Below, piece after piece: positions 60,403 to 64,000 of a DNA stretch of 64,000 nucleotides (the first letter of the stretch is position 1; each line of letters starts with the position of its first letter). The notes beneath the pieces were generated by a model that ran no database searches, was not told where the DNA came from, and saw only the letters and a list, made by a program, of their open reading frames with translations. Made by a program: the position numbers and the translations under genes. Origin of the DNA: Lama guanicoe (lineage: Eukaryota); NCBI GenBank assembly GCA_013239625.1, contig MU057352.1, forward strand, positions 32,061,277 to 32,125,276. The letters are read 5' to 3'.

Positions 60403-60682
60403 CTGGAAAGCACAGGGGTGCACAGTGCAAACAGAGGGAAGGGCCAGGAGCGGGGCCTCAGCGACGTCCCACGATCACCTGCTTTACCAAGGGCGGCCTG
60501 ACACCGTGTCCGATCCCAGCCACAGCCTGCAGGAGAGTCCCAGAGCCACTTACAGGAAGGGGCACCTGGCACAGACATGCCAAGGACACTCCAAGGTCAC
60601 ACGTCATGTAAGTGACAGAGCCACCCCACAGAGATCCTTGTCCTCTGATGTGAGCCCTTCCTTCCACGCCGAGCTGTCATTG

Positions 60683-60838
60683 TCTCTCTCTCTCTGTCTC
60701 AGTGTCTCTCTGTCTCAGTGTCTCTCTCTGTCTCAGTGTCTCTCTGTCTCAGTGTCTCTCTCTGTCTCAGTGTCTCTCTGTCTCAGTGTCTCTCTGTCTC
60801 AGTGTCTCTCTCTGTCTCAGTGTCTCTCTGTCTCAGTG

Positions 60839-60870
<32 letters not shown>
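60683..60870. repeat. Compound repeat [(TC)nTGTCTCAGTG]x9 + (TC)9(AC)7
   Basis: Seen directly; n = 6,3,4,3,4,3,3,4,3. Confidence 0.95.
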
Positions 60871-60871
<1 letters not shown>

Positions 60872-61839
60872 GAGCAGTGACTTGGACTAAGCACAGGAAC
60901 AGGGGGTTTTCATGATCTCAGTTCAGGGCTGATACAAACATGAAATGAACGGGTAGTCATCGTGTGCCGTCCCTCAGATGCCAAACGTCTCCAGTGGGCT
61001 TTTGGCAGCTGCCGGCTGGCTGTCGCTTGGTGGCCGGGCTCCATGCTGAGTGCCTGGAGTGTCACTCTTCTCGGTGGTTGATTAAGGAGTGTGATGATCT
61101 GGGTTAATGATGTAGCAATTGCCTGACTGATCGGAATCAGTTAGAAGATATTATAGGAGCTGACCCAATTTTTCCAACCGCCCTAACAGCAAACTGAGCT
61201 GCAAGATGGAAGGGGGAAGGGAGGGCCCCGGGGTTTGCTGAGCCCTGACTACGTGCTGGGCATCTCACACGCACTGTCCCCACTCATCCCCTAAGGTGGT
61301 GACAGCACAACACCAGCAGGGAGGACTTACGGAGACTGCAGTGTGTACCAGGCCCCATGGGGTCACTTTGCAGACGCCCATCAGCCCAGTGAGAAGGGGG
61401 CATGTGCATCAGCTCCTAAGGGTCTGGGACTCATGGACGCAGAGACTTCTCAGCACCGGGCTGACGGTAAAGACGCGGTGGGAGGAGGGGTGGGGTGGAC
61501 AGACAGGGCGTGGCAGGGCCATCGGGGCCCCGTCCACTGCCCCCCGTTCCTTCACTGTGCCCCACGCTGCGGGGCACTCACTCCCCACAGCCACACCTGC
61601 ATCTCCATTCTAGAACCTTCTCTCTTCTCAAGCCCAGGAACCCCAAGGCGGTCTGGCTGAGCTGGGCTCTTTCCTGTCTCATGACCTTGAAATATACGAA
61701 GAGAAGCACAGACTCTCCTCTAGTGAAGTGGGGGTGCTGTCCCAGCGGTCCCGATTTCAGGAGCAGTTCCCGGCTCTCATACGTCAGACTGAAGCGTGCA
61801 CGTGTGAACTGGTATAAATGTCCTTCCAAGTGACTTCAA

Positions 61840-62280
61840 AGGTGAGCGTGTACATCAACTGGGCTGGGCTACGGGGCCCAGGCGTTTGGTCAACACCATT
61901 CTTGACGTGGCTGTGATGGATTTTGGAGGTATGATCAGCGTGTATACTTGGTGGACTTCCAGTAAAGCAGATGACTCCCCGGCAAGGTTGTGGTGGGCCT
62001 CGTCCAATCAGTTGAAGTTCTTAAGAGTGAAAAATGGAGGAAAAGGAATTCAGCCTCAAGACTGTAACAGGAGTCCTGCCCTGCAGATTTCAGACTCTCC
62101 AGCCGCATGACCACAGGAGCCCGTGACCGGGCGGCGTGTCTCGCCAGCCCTAACATCCTGTGCCTGGCATCCTGGTTCCGTGCCTCACAATCTCTCTCTG
62201 CAATAGCGAGGGAGGAGAAAGCACCCACGTGCAGAGGTGTTTGTCACCAGAGAACGCGCTGAAGTCAGCACCTGGAAGCA
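61840..62280 (+). mobile_element. MLT2B/D-like ERVL LTR
   Basis: tcaactgggctgggctacggggcccagg...agtaaagcagatgac...gtgggcctcgtccaatcagttgaag...cagatttcagact. Confidence 0.85.
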
Positions 62281-63577
62281 AGGCAACGCCTAGCAGTGGG
62301 GGAGGGGGAACCGGGCTGTGGACCGTCCGCAGAGGAAGATGAGCAACTCACCGTGAGAGCGGCGAGCAGCCGGCAGCAGGCTGTACTCGATTTCCTCCGC
62401 TGATACAGACGCAGAGATGTGTGCATATTGTGTGTCTATGTGATGTTATGGTTGGAGACGGTCTGGGAGAAACAAACCAAAATGCACAGAGCCCACGTGG
62501 CACCTTCCCGGAGACTGCAAACACTGGCCACCCCCGTGCCTCCCTGCCCCGCCGGGGAATGCCGCCCCCCACAGGTCGCACGGCTGGCGAGCAGACCAGA
62601 GGCTGAAACTGCCTCCCTCTTGCAGCCCCTCTGTGCCATGAGCGACATGTGCAGCCGTACAGGGCAGCCCTGAAACACCAACTTCTGGTAGAATCGGGAT
62701 TCTGAGTCATTGCTATGTTTTTATTTTGGCTTTCCAACATTTTCCAAGATCTGTGCTCTGAGTGTTCGCTGATTTCTTATCAGAAGGAAATAAGCGCTGG
62801 AAGCAAAGCAGCGCCGCTCGGGTTCACCGCTCGGCCGCCGGCAGAAGAGGCTCAGGATGCCCCCTGTCTGGCTGCGGATGACAAGCGCCCCTCACTGCCC
62901 CTCTGCCTTCTGCCCCCTGGGCTTCGCAGCCGCGTCGAAACCAGAGGTTCTAGTGCCGTGAGCCCCCGCCGCTTCATGGAGCAGCAAGGCTCAGATGCAG
63001 CCCCAGGAGAACGACCACGTCTGACCCCCAGCTCCGTGCACAGGGGCTGCCCACGTCCCTCCAGGCTCCCGCCCAGGGAGCCCACCTGGGCCCACCCCAG
63101 GCCCCTCCCACCCTGTGGGCGCGTCTCAGCCCCCCGCAGCACACGCGCACACACGCACACACACACATACTCGCGCGCACACGTCCTGGGCACTCCAGGG
63201 CAGTATCCACTTCCTCTGTCATCTGACAAAACGGCCTCTTTACCAAAAGAATCATGGTTTGGATTTGATCAACACATTCACCCGCTCATCACCTCCACAG
63301 AATTGTCCCAGACAGGTGCTCTGTGACAGACTCTGGGGCTGTCACCCGAGCACATGGGGATGTCACTAAGAGCCTGCCTTCCTGGCTCATTGTCCGTCTG
63401 GGAGGACACATGGCTGAACAACAGTAGGATAAACAGTGACGTCTGGCACGACTGGGGACCCCAGACTCATCCAATGAAACCAGAGCGGGGAAACTCTGCT
63501 CGTAAGTAGCCCTTGTCACAAAATCAGAGGACCACGGAATGCTTAGGCCAGGAGGTCATTGTACTGTCCACAGGTGT

Positions 63578-63626
63578 TCAGTGTGTGACGAGGGTCAGGG
63601 CTCAGTGTGTGACGAGGGTCAGGGCT
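63578..63626 (+). repeat. Exact 24-bp tandem duplication
   Basis: tcagtgtgtgacgagggtcagggc x2. Confidence 0.95.
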
Positions 63627-64000
63627 TGGTCTGAACCCTGGGCCGACGCTGTTGCCACGCTCTGACCACCCGCAGCTCGCTCTGGCCCCAGGTGGCCTGG
63701 CCCCTGGTCCTATACACTTTTTCCTATGGAAATCCCCTTTGGCTCTAGTCCTAATTGTGTTTAAAACCCCCATCTTGGCTGGCGGATTTCAGCGGGGAGC
63801 AGGCGCTCGGAGCCAGGGCACGGTGGAGGAAGTGAGGGCTGGTGGCCTGGATGATTCCCCCACAACACAATCAGGGCGCCCGCACACCCGGATTTGCATA
63901 AATCCCTAAGCCGATTAGAGGAACATTCAGAGTAAGCAGCGCAGGCACTGAGCCAGCAAAGCAGGCGCCCTCCCTCTCCATGTAGATTAATTGCTCCCAT

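Noticed and set aside
60683-60838. CRISPR-like array or repetitive protein (SLSQCLSV ORFs)
   Set aside because: No unique spacers, mammalian context, and the ORFs are translations of a simple repeat.
1-64000. Inferring a host gene strand from repeat orientation
   Set aside because: L1s are mostly on + while LTRs are mostly on -, giving contradictory signals from small numbers.
1-64000. Naming the locus or neighbouring gene
   Set aside because: The composition fits several GC-rich regulatory deserts; no sequence here lets me identify one without alignment.

Overview
This is mammalian, not microbial, DNA, most likely from a camelid (camel, alpaca, llama or vicuna). Four copies of a tRNA-derived SINE match the camelid Vic-1 pattern, and there is a young cetartiodactyl-type L1 3' end. 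The window is very GC-rich and looks like a gene desert or a large intron. I recognise no intact protein-coding gene; the many long ORFs in the track are GC-composition artefacts, and the only recognisable peptide is a decayed L1 ORF1p. About a third of the window is old eutherian repeat (L1M, HAL1, L2, MIR, MLT/ERVL LTRs, MER3/20/33/104), plus a solo ERV1-like LTR. About a dozen non-repetitive AT-rich islands dense in homeodomain, FOX, TCF, SOX-OCT, MEF2 and GATA motifs look like developmental enhancers. The most unusual structure is at 35690-36304: two identical 119-bp direct repeats flank a 377-bp segment that carries a splice-site-flanked 58-nt exon-like sequence and ends in a polypurine tract. 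There are also four near-exact two-copy tandem duplications (251, 93, 27 and 24 bp periods) and a 153-N gap, so assembly artefacts must be considered. Repeat families were assigned from remembered consensus sequences, boundaries are approximate, and no database search was run. I see no convincing evidence of a novel multi-gene system.
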